Origin: Thermodesulfobacteriota bacterium
GTDB lineage: Bacteria > Desulfobacterota > Anaeroferrophillalia > Anaeroferrophillales > Tharpellaceae
Direction: 5' to 3'
NCBI GenBank assembly: GCA_024763535.1
Contig: JANTFH010000008.1
Location: forward strand, 1,948-65,947
Length of the DNA: 64,000 nt
Shown: positions 49,360 to 59,303 of the stretch, piece after piece
Layout: the number at the start of each line of letters is the position of its first letter
How positions within the stretch are numbered: the stretch's first letter is position 1
Position numbers and translations under genes: made by a program
The notes under the pieces: model-generated
Seen by the model: the letters and a program-made list of their open reading frames with translations, nothing else
Databases searched by the model: none
What the model was told of the DNA's origin: nothing

Positions 49360-52300
49360 GTGACTGATTCTTCCTTCGTTCATCTTCATCTGCACTCAAT
49401 GTACAGCCTTTTAGACGGGGCTATCCGACTTAATCAACTGGTTGATAAAGCTTGTGAATACGGGATGCCGGCTGTCGCATTGACCGATCATGGCAATATG
49501 TTCGGAGCCGTTGATTTTTTCCAGGCGGCAGAAAAGAAGGGGATCAAACCCATAATCGGCTGCGAAGTTTATGTCGCCCCTCAGGGCCGTCTGAGCCGCA
49601 ATAAAAGAGACGATAAGGAGCAGGATAACGCTCACCATCTGGTGTTGCTGGCGATGAATGATACCGGCTATAAGAATCTCTGCCGGTTGGTTACTAAAGG
49701 TTATCTCGAAGGTTTTTACTATAAACCAAGAATCGACAAAGAGCTTCTACAGGAATACCATGAAGGTTTGATCGCACTCAGTGCCTGTCTCGGAGGCGTA
49801 ATCTCCGCTCCCTTGCGACGGCGTGATCAGGAGCGGGCCCGGGCCGAGGTTGAGTTCTATCGTGATCTTTTTACCGACCGGCGTTTTTTTCTCGAACTGC
49901 AGGAAAACTCTATTCCGGAACAAAAAGAGGTTAACCGCCAGCTGGTCGAACTTGCTCGTGAATGCTCTGTACCGCTGGTGGCCACCAATGACTGTCACTT
50001 CTTAAACCGTGAAGACGCGCATGCCCATGAGGTTCTGCTCTGCGTCCAGACCGGCAGGAATATGGACGATCCCAAGCGGATGCGTTATCCGGAGGAGCTC
50101 TACTTCAAATCACCGCAGGAGATGGTTGAAGCTTTTGCCCAATATCCGGAAGCCATCGCCAATACGCTTGAGATCGCCGACCGCTGTAATTTCAAATTTG
50201 AATTCAGAAACTACCGTCCTCCCAATTTTGTTCCCCCTGAAGGTAAATCACTGAATCAGCATCTGATTGAGGTCTGTCACTCCGGTTTTGCGAAAGTAAT
50301 GCCCAGAATCAGAGCTTATCACGGCGATAACTTCAGTAACGAACTCGAACAAACTTACCGGCAGCGGCTTGAGCGGGAGATCGGCATAATCTGCGACATG
50401 GGGTTTGCCGGCTACTTCCTGATCGTAGCCGATTTCGTTAATTATGCCCGCGAAAACCGGATTCCGGTCGGCCCCGGCCGCGGCTCCGCCGCCGGCTCCC
50501 TGGTTGCCTATGCTTTGCGGATTACCGATATCGACCCGATTCCCTACGGTCTTCTTTTTGAGCGTTTCCTGAATCCCGAACGGGTTTCCATGCCTGATAT
50601 CGATATGGATTTCTGTATAAACGGGCGCGACAGGGTTATTGAATATGTAACCCAAAAGTATGGCCAGGATCGGGTTTCGCAGATTATTACTTTCGGCCGA
50701 ATGCAGGCCAAGGGCGTAATCCGCGATGTTGGTAGGGCCCTGCATATGCCCTATTCCGAGGTGGACAAAATCGCCAAACTGGTTCCCTCCGATCTCGGTA
50801 TGACCCTGAAAAAGGCCGAAGCCCAGGAGACGGAGCTGGCCCGTTTGCGGCAGGGGAATGCACTGGAAAGGGAACTGCTGGAGGTCGCTCATTCACTTGA
50901 AGGGCTCAACCGGCACGCCTCGGTTCATGCCGCTGGAGTGGTGGTAACTGACCAGCCGCTGGTTGATTACCTGCCTCTTTATAAAGGCGCCAAAGAGAGT
51001 GATGTGGTTGTCACTCAGTACGATATGGGCTTTGTCGAAGAACTGGGATTGATAAAATTTGATTTTCTCGGTTTGAAAACCCTGACGGTTATCGATAACG
51101 CCTTAAAGATAATCAACCGCAATCTTGATGATGAAGATCAGCCCTTTGATATAAGCACTATTCCTCTGGATGACGAAAAAACCTATAGACTGCTCTGTTC
51201 CGGGGCGGCGGTCGGTGTTTTTCAGCTTGAAAGCAGCGGCATGCAGGATCTTTTGGTTCGCCTTAAACCGGGATGTTTCGAAGATATTATCGCGCTTGTG
51301 GCCCTCTATCGCCCCGGTCCCATTGAGAGCGGGATGATTGATGACTTTATCGCCTGCAAACACGGTCGCCAGAAGGTTGAATATCTGCTGCCGGAACTTG
51401 AATCGATCCTCAAAGAGACTTACGGGGTTATTGTCTATCAGGAACAGGTTATGCAGATCGCGCAGAAGCTGGCGGGTTATTCGCTGGGTCAGGCCGATAT
51501 TCTGCGTAAGGCGATGGGTAAAAAGAAGGCCGATGTCATGGCTGCCCAGCGGGAGAGTTTTCTCAACGGTGCCCGGGAAAATAAGATAGACCCTGATAAG
51601 GCGGAAGCCATATTTGATCTTATGGCGCAGTTCGCGGAGTACGGTTTCAATAAATCTCATTCCGCCGCCTACGGTTACATCGCCTATCAGACGGCCTACT
51701 TGAAGGCCCATTATCCGGTTGAGTTTATGGCCGGATTACTGATGGAGGACATGAACAACACCGACAAGGTGATCAAGAATATCGCCGAATGCCGGAGCAT
51801 GGGGATAAAGGTTCTACCGCCGGATATCAATGTCAGTGATCTCTCCTTTACGGTGGTTGACGACAATATCAGGTTCGGTCTGGCGGCGGTAAAAAATGTC
51901 GGGGTCAAGGCCGCCGCGGAAATCATCCGGGTCCGGGAGATTGAAGGTGAATATTCGTCCCTGTTTGATCTCTGCCGGCGCATAGATCTTTCCAAGGTTA
52001 ACCGCCGGGTTCTTGAAAGTCTGATTAAAGCCGGGGCTTTTGACGGCGAGAAGATTGCCCGTTCCCGGTTGTTTGCGGCAATTGACACAGCTATGGAGAG
52101 CGGTCAATCGGCATCCCGTGACCGGGTTTGCGGTCAGCAGTCGCTGTTCGCTTTTGCCGGGGATGAGCCCTGTTTCGATGAAGCCTGTTACCCTGAGGAT
52201 GCCTTGAGCTGGAGTGATAAGGAAGAGCTGATTTTTGAACGTGACGTTCTAGGCTTTTATCTGAGCAGTCATCCGCTGCAGCGTTATGTGGATGAAATTA

Positions 52301-52923
52301 AGCGCTGTACTACAGTCAATACCGCCGGGTTGGTTAACTGCGGCAATGCCGCTGCAGCCCGGATCGGAGGTCTTTTAACTTCAGTTCGCAGCAAACGCAC
52401 TCGAACCGGGAAGATCATGGCTTTTGCCGTGCTCGAAGATCTTCACGGATCAGTTGAAGTTACCCTCTTTGAGGAGAGTTATCTTAAAGCCAGAGATTTT
52501 ATTGCTGAAGATGAGCCGCTGATTCTCGAAGGGCGGATCGAAATCAACGATGACCAGAGTAAGGCGAAGATGATTGTCAGTGACGTCTTTGGTCTGGAGG
52601 AGGCGCTTTCAACCATAATTGAAAAGGTTGAACTGACCCTCTCTTATGAACAGGCGGCTCCGGCCCGGCTCTCCCAGTTACAGGATGTTCTGGAACGTCA
52701 TCAGGGTGAGATTCCGGCATTTATCAATCTTAAATTGCCTGAATGTCGGGTTGTCATGGCACTGGAAAACTTTTCTCTGCAGCCTTCGGCGGATCTTATT
52801 CATGATGTAAGCGATCTTTATAACGGCAGCCGGATTGTAGAGTTTGTCGCCTCTGAGAAAATTGTTGAACCAAAACGGGAAAACGGGAGAAGGTATTTTC
52901 CGGCCAAAGAGAAAATAGCATAG
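49360..52923 (+). CDS. dnaE: DNA polymerase III subunit alpha
   Basis: PHP domain (FVHLHLHS, TDHGN), GRGSAAGS, PDIDMDF, KFDFLGL, YGFNKSH, OB fold. Confidence 0.98.
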   Translation: MTDSSFVHLHLHSMYSLLDGAIRLNQLVDKACEYGMPAVALTDHGNMFGAVDFFQAAEKKGIKPIIGCEVYVAPQGRLSRNKRDDKEQDNAHHLVLLAMNDTGYKNLCRLVTKGYLEGFYYKPRIDKELLQEYHEGLIALSACLGGVISAPLRRRDQERARAEVEFYRDLFTDRRFFLELQENSIPEQKEVNRQLVELARECSVPLVATNDCHFLNREDAHAHEVLLCVQTGRNMDDPKRMRYPEELYFKSPQEMVEAFAQYPEAIANTLEIADRCNFKFEFRNYRPPNFVPPEGKSLNQHLIEVCHSGFAKVMPRIRAYHGDNFSNELEQTYRQRLEREIGIICDMGFAGYFLIVADFVNYARENRIPVGPGRGSAAGSLVAYALRITDIDPIPYGLLFERFLNPERVSMPDIDMDFCINGRDRVIEYVTQKYGQDRVSQIITFGRMQAKGVIRDVGRALHMPYSEVDKIAKLVPSDLGMTLKKAEAQETELARLRQGNALERELLEVAHSLEGLNRHASVHAAGVVVTDQPLVDYLPLYKGAKESDVVVTQYDMGFVEELGLIKFDFLGLKTLTVIDNALKIINRNLDDEDQPFDISTIPLDDEKTYRLLCSGAAVGVFQLESSGMQDLLVRLKPGCFEDIIALVALYRPGPIESGMIDDFIACKHGRQKVEYLLPELESILKETYGVIVYQEQVMQIAQKLAGYSLGQADILRKAMGKKKADVMAAQRESFLNGARENKIDPDKAEAIFDLMAQFAEYGFNKSHSAAYGYIAYQTAYLKAHYPVEFMAGLLMEDMNNTDKVIKNIAECRSMGIKVLPPDINVSDLSFTVVDDNIRFGLAAVKNVGVKAAAEIIRVREIEGEYSSLFDLCRRIDLSKVNRRVLESLIKAGAFDGEKIARSRLFAAIDTAMESGQSASRDRVCGQQSLFAFAGDEPCFDEACYPEDALSWSDKEELIFERDVLGFYLSSHPLQRYVDEIKRCTTVNTAGLVNCGNAAAARIGGLLTSVRSKRTRTGKIMAFAVLEDLHGSVEVTLFEESYLKARDFIAEDEPLILEGRIEINDDQSKAKMIVSDVFGLEEALSTIIEKVELTLSYEQAAPARLSQLQDVLERHQGEIPAFINLKLPECRVVMALENFSLQPSADLIHDVSDLYNGSRIVEFVASEKIVEPKRENGRRYFPAKEKIA

Positions 52924-53033
52924 AGAGTGCAAGAGTGCAGGAGATATAACGGATACACATTCTAGTAGTATGTTAATTAAAGTTGTTTTTTTTATAAACT
53001 GTAACCTTTTAACCGGTGAAATTGAGGAAGATT

Positions 53034-54677
53034 ATGAGTAAAAGAGAAGAAGTTAATAAAATGCTGGGAGCCCGTGACCGGGTCGCCGAAAATCCGGCCC
53101 GCACCGATATGATCAGAATGGCGGTTGCCAATCGCGAGGTTATTGTTGCCGCCAACGGGGCTCTGGCGACCTGGACACCACCGGAGTCGACCGGCCGCAG
53201 CCCTAAAGACACCCTGATTGTCAAAAGAGCCGCAAGTGAAGCCAAAATCGACTGGGATTCACCGAATAATATTCCAGTCTCGGAAGAGACCTTTGAGATG
53301 CTCTTTGCCGACGCAGTTGAGGTCTTGAGTAAAAAGAGTGAACTCTATGTAACCGATCGGGTGCTGGGGGCTGATCCGGCCTACGCTCTGCCCGTCAGAG
53401 TGGTTACGGATAAAGCTCTGACCGTTCTCTTTACCGATAATATGTTTCGCCCTATACCCGAGGGTATTGAAAAATCTGTTTTTTGCGGCCGGGAGTTCAC
53501 TTTGCTCGCCCTGCCATACGATAAACTTGACCGCGATCGCTATCAGGGCCGCCTGCGCAACCTGGCTGACGGCAAGGCTTCCGATCTGGCCGTGGTTATC
53601 GATCTCGATCAGCGGGTTGGTCTGGTTTATGGTTCAGCCTATTGCGGTTCAGTGAAAAAACTGATGTTCTCGGTCATGAACTACATGCTGCCGGAGGAGA
53701 ACATTCTGCCTTTGCACTGTTCCGCAAATGAGGGCCAGAACGGTCATGTAGCTCTGCTGCTGGGACTCTCCGGAACCGGTAAAACCACGCTCTCCGCCGA
53801 CCCCGAACGGGCTCTGCTCGGTGATGATGAACATGGTTGGAGTGATGCCGGGATAGCTAATTTTGAGAACGGCTGTTATGCTAAAATGATCAATATAGAT
53901 GCCGAGAAAGAGCCGGAGATATTCAAAGCGATCATGCATGAAGATGATTATCTGCAACACGGATCAATCGTTGAGAATGCGATGGTTTACCCGGACGGAG
54001 TATTTGATTTCGACGACGAACGTTTAACCCCCAACTCCCGGGGCTCATACCTGTTGTCGGAGTTGAGCAATATCAAACCTTCATCGGTTGCCGGCCATCC
54101 CCGGACGATTCTTTTTCTTACCGCTGATGCCAACGGGGTTTTGCCTCCGATAAGTAAGCTCAACCCGGCTCAGGCGATGTTGTGGTTTCTGATGGGTTAC
54201 ACCAGCAAGCTGGCAGGTACTGAAACCGGAATTACCGAACCGGTAACCACCTTCTCCCGCTTTTTCGGTGAGCCTTTCATGCCCTGTAACCCGGATGTTT
54301 ACGCAGGCATGCTCGGATCCCGGATGGAGAATCATAAGTCGGAGGTTTTTCTGGTTAACACCGGTTGGAGCGGCGGCCCCTTCGGTGAGGGTGAGCGCAT
54401 GGATATCAAGTTGACCAGGGCTCTGGTCAAAGCGGCGATGAACGGGGATCTCTCCACTGTCGATTATGTGGACGACCCGATTTTTCATGTTATGGTTCCG
54501 CAAAGCTGTCCCGGAGTTGATGCCGGGATATTAAACCCGCGCGATACCTGGCGGGACGGCAGTGCTTACGATAAACGGGCTCAGAAACTGGCCGGTGAGT
54601 TTGCCGCCCATTTTGCCAAGGCCTACGGTAATAAAAATATTGCGCCCGAAGTCGCCGAACAGTGCCCGGGTTGTTAA
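53034..54677 (+). CDS. pckA: Phosphoenolpyruvate carboxykinase (ATP)
   Basis: TGRSPKD, LHCSAN, GLSGTGKTTLS, GDDEHGW, GCYAK, NTGW. Start is ATG 53034 or GTG 53016. Confidence 0.95.
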   Translation: MSKREEVNKMLGARDRVAENPARTDMIRMAVANREVIVAANGALATWTPPESTGRSPKDTLIVKRAASEAKIDWDSPNNIPVSEETFEMLFADAVEVLSKKSELYVTDRVLGADPAYALPVRVVTDKALTVLFTDNMFRPIPEGIEKSVFCGREFTLLALPYDKLDRDRYQGRLRNLADGKASDLAVVIDLDQRVGLVYGSAYCGSVKKLMFSVMNYMLPEENILPLHCSANEGQNGHVALLLGLSGTGKTTLSADPERALLGDDEHGWSDAGIANFENGCYAKMINIDAEKEPEIFKAIMHEDDYLQHGSIVENAMVYPDGVFDFDDERLTPNSRGSYLLSELSNIKPSSVAGHPRTILFLTADANGVLPPISKLNPAQAMLWFLMGYTSKLAGTETGITEPVTTFSRFFGEPFMPCNPDVYAGMLGSRMENHKSEVFLVNTGWSGGPFGEGERMDIKLTRALVKAAMNGDLSTVDYVDDPIFHVMVPQSCPGVDAGILNPRDTWRDGSAYDKRAQKLAGEFAAHFAKAYGNKNIAPEVAEQCPGC

Positions 54678-54766
54678 ATTATTTTTTCTATACGAGTGGA
54701 GTAGGGGAGTGTAATTTGAGATCGTAACCGCGAAATAAGTTGCTTTGGGAAGAGGGGAGCTTTAAG

Positions 54767-54877
54767 GTCTATTCAACCTGGCAATCAACTTCTAAGTAAA
54801 TTACCTGTAGAGCACAAGGCAGCAACTTTTCTGCTTTGTGCTCTACAGCTTTAGACGGTTTAACCCAGGTTGGTTAC
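54767..54877. repeat. Hairpin element with degenerate family-A-type termini
   Basis: GTCTATTCAACCTGG ... CCAGGTTGGTTAC enclosing an 18-bp stem 54805-54822/54831-54848. Confidence 0.55.
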
Positions 54878-55416
54878 TCTGAATTCAGGCATTACCGGTA
54901 TCCCGTCTCATTTTTTTAACATGATTTGATAATTTTAAACTGTAAATGGCTAATGAATTATTTTCTGGGCCGGTTGTCGTCTCTTGTGATCTTGATTCTT
55001 GTTTCTATCAAGTTTTTTTGTTATTACTTGTTAACAGCTTGAAATGATTCCGGATCGGGCTCTGACAAATTTTTTTTTATTCCCGGCAACATTCTACTTG
55101 ACATTTATAACTTATCAAAATCATTATTTAAAATGAAATACAATAAATTTAGTGCGAATTTTAGTTTTATTCTTATACCTAATGATCAATTCTCCATAAA
55201 ACAGTTATTAACAACTTTTCAACAGGGTGTTTACACTTAATATATATAATCATATGTGTTCTTTGATGAATTGTATAAAGATGTTCTATTATTATTGTAA
55301 AAATGTTTAGTAGATTATTTGATTATCCATATTTTATTGAATTTGCAGAAGATTTACGATAGAAAGGGTTGCCGACTTCCGGCTGAATGAATGTTCAAAT
55401 TCTAAGGAGACAAATT

Positions 55417-56253
55417 ATGAAAAAAAATATCGTTGCCCTTATCCTCTCACCCAGGTCGTCGGGTAACTGCGAAATCTTGACGAAAGAGATCTGCCGTCAT
55501 GTTTCCGAAGAACACGATTTAACCCTGGTGCGTCTGACTGCCAAGGAGATCAAACCGTGTAAAGGATGTTATGCTTGTCTTATGGGTGGAGGTTGCCCGC
55601 TTGACGATGATTTTATGGAAGTCGCAGAAGCTATGGCAAACTCGGATGCCGTCATTATTGCGACCCCGACATATTTCATCGGCGCCAACGGTGTCTTGAA
55701 AGTTTTTCTGGACCGCTGTCTGCAGCTTTTTTCGGCAAAATTCAGTCTCAGGGGGAAACCGGTACTCAATCTGGTAACTGCTGGAATCAAAGGTGAAGCT
55801 GGATATAGTGAGATGATGCTTAACAGCTTCAGCTTGATCCTGGGAATGAAAATAAAAGCTTCCGAAGTTTTTTACGGGGCCCTGCCGGGTGAAGTTTTTT
55901 ATGAAAATGAGTCTCAGCTTAAGCGGGCCGCGGACTTAGGCGCAAAACTTTTTTCCGATAAAGAGCGCTCGTTTGCCGAATGGGCCTGCCCCTTATGCGG
56001 CAGTGATGTTATCCAGCTGCTGGGGAAAAAGCAGATTCAGTGTGTTGTCTGTCGTAATTATGGGGAGATTGTTACTGATGGAGATAGTCTTAAATTGGAG
56101 GTGACGATTAACCCCGATAATATCTTCTTCACCGAAGAGCAGGCTGGACGGCATGGTTTATGGCTCCAGGGAATGAAGTCCAGATTTATGAAATTGAGAG
56201 GAAAACTGGCAAAATTAACCGGGGCTTACGCAGATGAAGGGGAGTGGCTGTAG
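55417..56253 (+). CDS. Flavodoxin-like / iron-sulfur flavoprotein (NADPH-dependent FMN reductase family) with C-terminal CxxC...CxxC ribbon
   Basis: SPRSSGN, CKGCYAC....C, ATPTYF, FLDR; CPLC/CVVC; SD AAGGAG before ATG 55417. Confidence 0.8.
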   Translation: MKKNIVALILSPRSSGNCEILTKEICRHVSEEHDLTLVRLTAKEIKPCKGCYACLMGGGCPLDDDFMEVAEAMANSDAVIIATPTYFIGANGVLKVFLDRCLQLFSAKFSLRGKPVLNLVTAGIKGEAGYSEMMLNSFSLILGMKIKASEVFYGALPGEVFYENESQLKRAADLGAKLFSDKERSFAEWACPLCGSDVIQLLGKKQIQCVVCRNYGEIVTDGDSLKLEVTINPDNIFFTEEQAGRHGLWLQGMKSRFMKLRGKLAKLTGAYADEGEWL

Positions 56254-56262
56254 AGAACTGGA

Positions 56263-57312
56263 TTATCTCTCGCTGGTTTTTCGAGAGAGCATTTTCGGCT
56301 CCAGGATCTCTTTGAACATCTCAATAAAGACGGAGACGACCTGAGGGTCGAACTGACTGCCGGAACCATTTTGAATCTCCTTGACCGCCACTCTAATCGG
56401 GAGAGGTTTACGGTATGATCTATCCGACGTCATGGCATCAAAGGTGTCGCAGACCGCAATGATCCGGGCCAGAAACGGAATCTTATCCCGGGCCAGTCCT
56501 TTCGGGTAGCCGCTGCCGTCAAACCACTCATGGTGGGCTTCGATCGCGGGCAGGAGATGGCCGAGAAAATCCAGCGGCTCTAAAATTTTCACCCCCTTGC
56601 TGGGATGAGTTTTAATGGTCTCGAACTCAACCATATTAAGCCTTCCGGGTTTGTTGAGAAGCTGTTCCGAAATGCCGATTTTACCGATATCATGGAGTTG
56701 GGCGGCGTAGATAAGATTAGCTTGTTCCTCTTTTGAAAGACCTAGTCTTTCAGCCATTAGACCGGCGTATTCGGCAACCCTTTTTGAGTGTCCCTGAGTG
56801 TAGCGGTCTTTCGCTTCAATGGCGAGAATGAAAGAGCTGACTGTCTGCACCACCTGGTTATGGAGAGCCTGAGTCGCTTCCTCGATTCTTTGTTCCAGGG
56901 TATTCTGATAGGATATCTTCTCTTCCTGGAGCTGGCGTCGTTCCAGAGCACGTTTTAATATGAAAAGCAGCTCTTTCACCCGGAAGGGCTTGGTCATATA
57001 GTCAAAGGCCCCGAGCCGCATATGATCGAGAGCCATGTCGAGCTGGGCAAAACCGGTCAGAATGATAATCGGGATAAGCGGGTATTTTTCATGGCCGTAG
57101 ACAATAACCTGATCTCCGGAGACTCGGGGCATTTTAAGGTCGCAGATGACAACATCAATTATATCATGATGTTCATCCAGGCAGGCTATCGCTTCGTCAC
57201 CGTCACTGGCGGTAAGATATTCGAAGTTCAGATTATCCAGGGTTTCGGCCAGAATCGCACGGATATCCTCTTCATCGTCAACCACGAGTACCAGTTTTCT
57301 TTCGTTTCTCAT
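56263..57312 (-). CDS. Response regulator with HD-GYP c-di-GMP phosphodiesterase domain
   Basis: REC domain (VVDD, CDLKMP, KPF); GHSKRV, LHDIGKIG, HHEWFDGSGYP. Confidence 0.93.
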   Translation of the reverse strand: MRNERKLVLVVDDEEDIRAILAETLDNLNFEYLTASDGDEAIACLDEHHDIIDVVICDLKMPRVSGDQVIVYGHEKYPLIPIIILTGFAQLDMALDHMRLGAFDYMTKPFRVKELLFILKRALERRQLQEEKISYQNTLEQRIEEATQALHNQVVQTVSSFILAIEAKDRYTQGHSKRVAEYAGLMAERLGLSKEEQANLIYAAQLHDIGKIGISEQLLNKPGRLNMVEFETIKTHPSKGVKILEPLDFLGHLLPAIEAHHEWFDGSGYPKGLARDKIPFLARIIAVCDTFDAMTSDRSYRKPLPIRVAVKEIQNGSGSQFDPQVVSVFIEMFKEILEPKMLSRKTSER

Positions 57313-57412
57313 AAATATTATCTTTTGTTGAGTTGCATTTTTTTACCCTATTGATTTTCATGGTATTTGTCAAGTTATCATAATTTCAAGCTATTTTTTT
57401 GGAGGTATCGCA

Positions 57413-57901
57413 GTGGAGAGTGAAACAATTATGCCGGCTGAGGATCTGGCCCGGGTTGTCCATGATTTTCAAAAAGAGGGTAAGAAGATCGTTTTTACCA
57501 ATGGCTGTTTTGATATCCTGCATCCCGGTCATACAACCTATCTGGCCAAAGCCCGGGCCTTGGGAGATATGCTGATTGTCGGGGTGAACTCCGATAGTTC
57601 GGTGCGGCGGCTGAAAGGTGAGAAACGGCCGATAATGCCGGAAAGTGCCCGGACCCGGCTGCTGGCGGCACTTAAGGCGGTTGATTTCGTCACGATCTTC
57701 AGCGAGGATAATCCCTATGAGTTGATCAAGCTGCTTGAGCCCGATATTCTGGTCAAAGGGGGCGACTGGGACAGCGGTGCCATCATCGGCCGTGACCTGG
57801 TTGAAGCCCGGGGCGGGTCGGTTCAATCACTGCCTTTTATTGATCAATTTTCGACCACAACCATAATTGAAGAAATTCTTGCAAGGTATCGGGAGAAGTA
57901 A
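57413..57901 (+). CDS. rfaE2: D-glycero-beta-D-manno-heptose 1-phosphate adenylyltransferase (RfaE domain II)
   Basis: FTNGCFDILHPGH, GVNSDSSVRRLKG, LVKGGDW, STT. Confidence 0.92.
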   Translation: MESETIMPAEDLARVVHDFQKEGKKIVFTNGCFDILHPGHTTYLAKARALGDMLIVGVNSDSSVRRLKGEKRPIMPESARTRLLAALKAVDFVTIFSEDNPYELIKLLEPDILVKGGDWDSGAIIGRDLVEARGGSVQSLPFIDQFSTTTIIEEILARYREK

Positions 57902-58560
57902 TGTCTGCGGCAAGATTTTTTCTGTTTGATCTCGATAATACTCTCTATCCCAGAAACTGCGGTCTGTTTGACCATATCGACAGCCTGATTAACCGTTATC
58001 TGCTGGAGAAGATTGGAATTCCGGCAGCCGAAGTCGATCTTAAGCGGCGTCTGTATATGAAGGCGCACGGTACCACCTTGAACGGTCTGATTGCCCATCA
58101 TAACGTCGACCCTGATGACTATCTCGAATTTGTTCATAATGTCCCGCTTCAGGATTATCTCAAACCGGATATCGGATTGAAAACTATGCTCGCCGAACTG
58201 CCGGGGAAAAAATATATCTTCTCCAACGCCTCAAATGAGCACTGCCTCAAGGTACTTGACTGTCTGGGTCTGGAGGAGAACTTCTCCGCCATCTATGATA
58301 TCAACTCTTTTGATTATCGGCCGAAACCGGATATCGCGATTTATCGGGAACTTCTGGATGATATTGAGGCTCAGGCCGGAGACGGGGTGATGATTGATGA
58401 TATGGCGGTTAATCTGCTGCCGGCGGCGGCTCTGGGCATGGCCACTATTCTTTTCACTCCGGCAATCTCCAACCGGGTCTCAAGTGACAACCGTCAGCTT
58501 ACCTCGTTGCTGGATCTGCCGCAGATTCTTGAGGAGATCAGCGGCGGCCGTCCGGATTAA
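57901..58560 (+). CDS. Pyrimidine 5'-nucleotidase (HAD superfamily)
   Basis: FDLDNTLY, HGTTLNGL, FSNA, PKP, MIDD...NL. Confidence 0.88.
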   Translation: MSAARFFLFDLDNTLYPRNCGLFDHIDSLINRYLLEKIGIPAAEVDLKRRLYMKAHGTTLNGLIAHHNVDPDDYLEFVHNVPLQDYLKPDIGLKTMLAELPGKKYIFSNASNEHCLKVLDCLGLEENFSAIYDINSFDYRPKPDIAIYRELLDDIEAQAGDGVMIDDMAVNLLPAAALGMATILFTPAISNRVSSDNRQLTSLLDLPQILEEISGGRPD

Positions 58561-59303
58561 GCTTTTTTCCTGATTACTATCTCACAACGGGCTACCGGAT
58601 CAATCCGTTCCAGTTCATTCAGCCGGCTGATTTCAAGCCCGGCATTTTTCACTGCCACCCGCAATTCGGTTTCACTCAGGGCTCCGCCGATATTCCAGAG
58701 CCAATTGTCAACCTCGTCAGCAAAACCCGGCGGCAGGCTTTCGCTCAGGAGAAAATCGTAAATCAGGATAGAGCCGTCATTTCGCAAAAGCTGCGTCAGC
58801 TGCTTAAAAAAATCAGTTTTATTGTAAACCAGATTAAAAGAGCCGTTCATAAGAATCAGATCGGCAGGCTGCAGACCGGATTGCTTGATGTGGTTCAGAT
58901 CAGCTTTAAGCAGGGTTATTCTAGCGGATTGTTCGGGAAAATTTTGGAGACGTCTGCGGCCAATCTCCAGCAGGCCGGAACTACTGTCGATGGCAACGAT
59001 CTCTTTTAATTGCGGCAGCATGAGGGCACAGCCCAGAACATCCAGGACTGAACCGCAGCCCAGATCGAGCATCGTGCCCGGCTCAAGTTCGACGATTTTG
59101 GCAAATGGGTTGGCAAGGGGAAAGGCCTGATCAAAACTTTCCGGCGGCAGAGCTTCAAGCAGGGCCGGCGGGTAGCCGAGCTTTTGCAGCAGGGTTAAGC
59201 CCCGGTCAATCGCTACGGGTTTTAAGAGGCCGTCTTCACATTCTGAAATCCGGTCATACATCTGCTGCAGGGCCAGATGCAGTCTGGTGGGAAATTTATT
59301 CAT
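58557..59303 (-). CDS. Class I SAM-dependent methyltransferase, ArsM-like scaffold
   Basis: NPF...LDLGCGS..D, DLILMNGSFNL, W...IGGAL; start overlaps the znuB stop. Confidence 0.72.
   Translation of the reverse strand: MNKFPTRLHLALQQMYDRISECEDGLLKPVAIDRGLTLLQKLGYPPALLEALPPESFDQAFPLANPFAKIVELEPGTMLDLGCGSVLDVLGCALMLPQLKEIVAIDSSSGLLEIGRRRLQNFPEQSARITLLKADLNHIKQSGLQPADLILMNGSFNLVYNKTDFFKQLTQLLRNDGSILIYDFLLSESLPPGFADEVDNWLWNIGGALSETELRVAVKNAGLEISRLNELERIDPVARCEIVIRKKA

Noticed and set aside
58557-59303. Arsenic resistance locus (ArsM-like here plus ArsA-like at 35785)
   Set aside because: The genes are 22 kb apart, lack expected metalloid-binding motifs, and have no ars neighbours.
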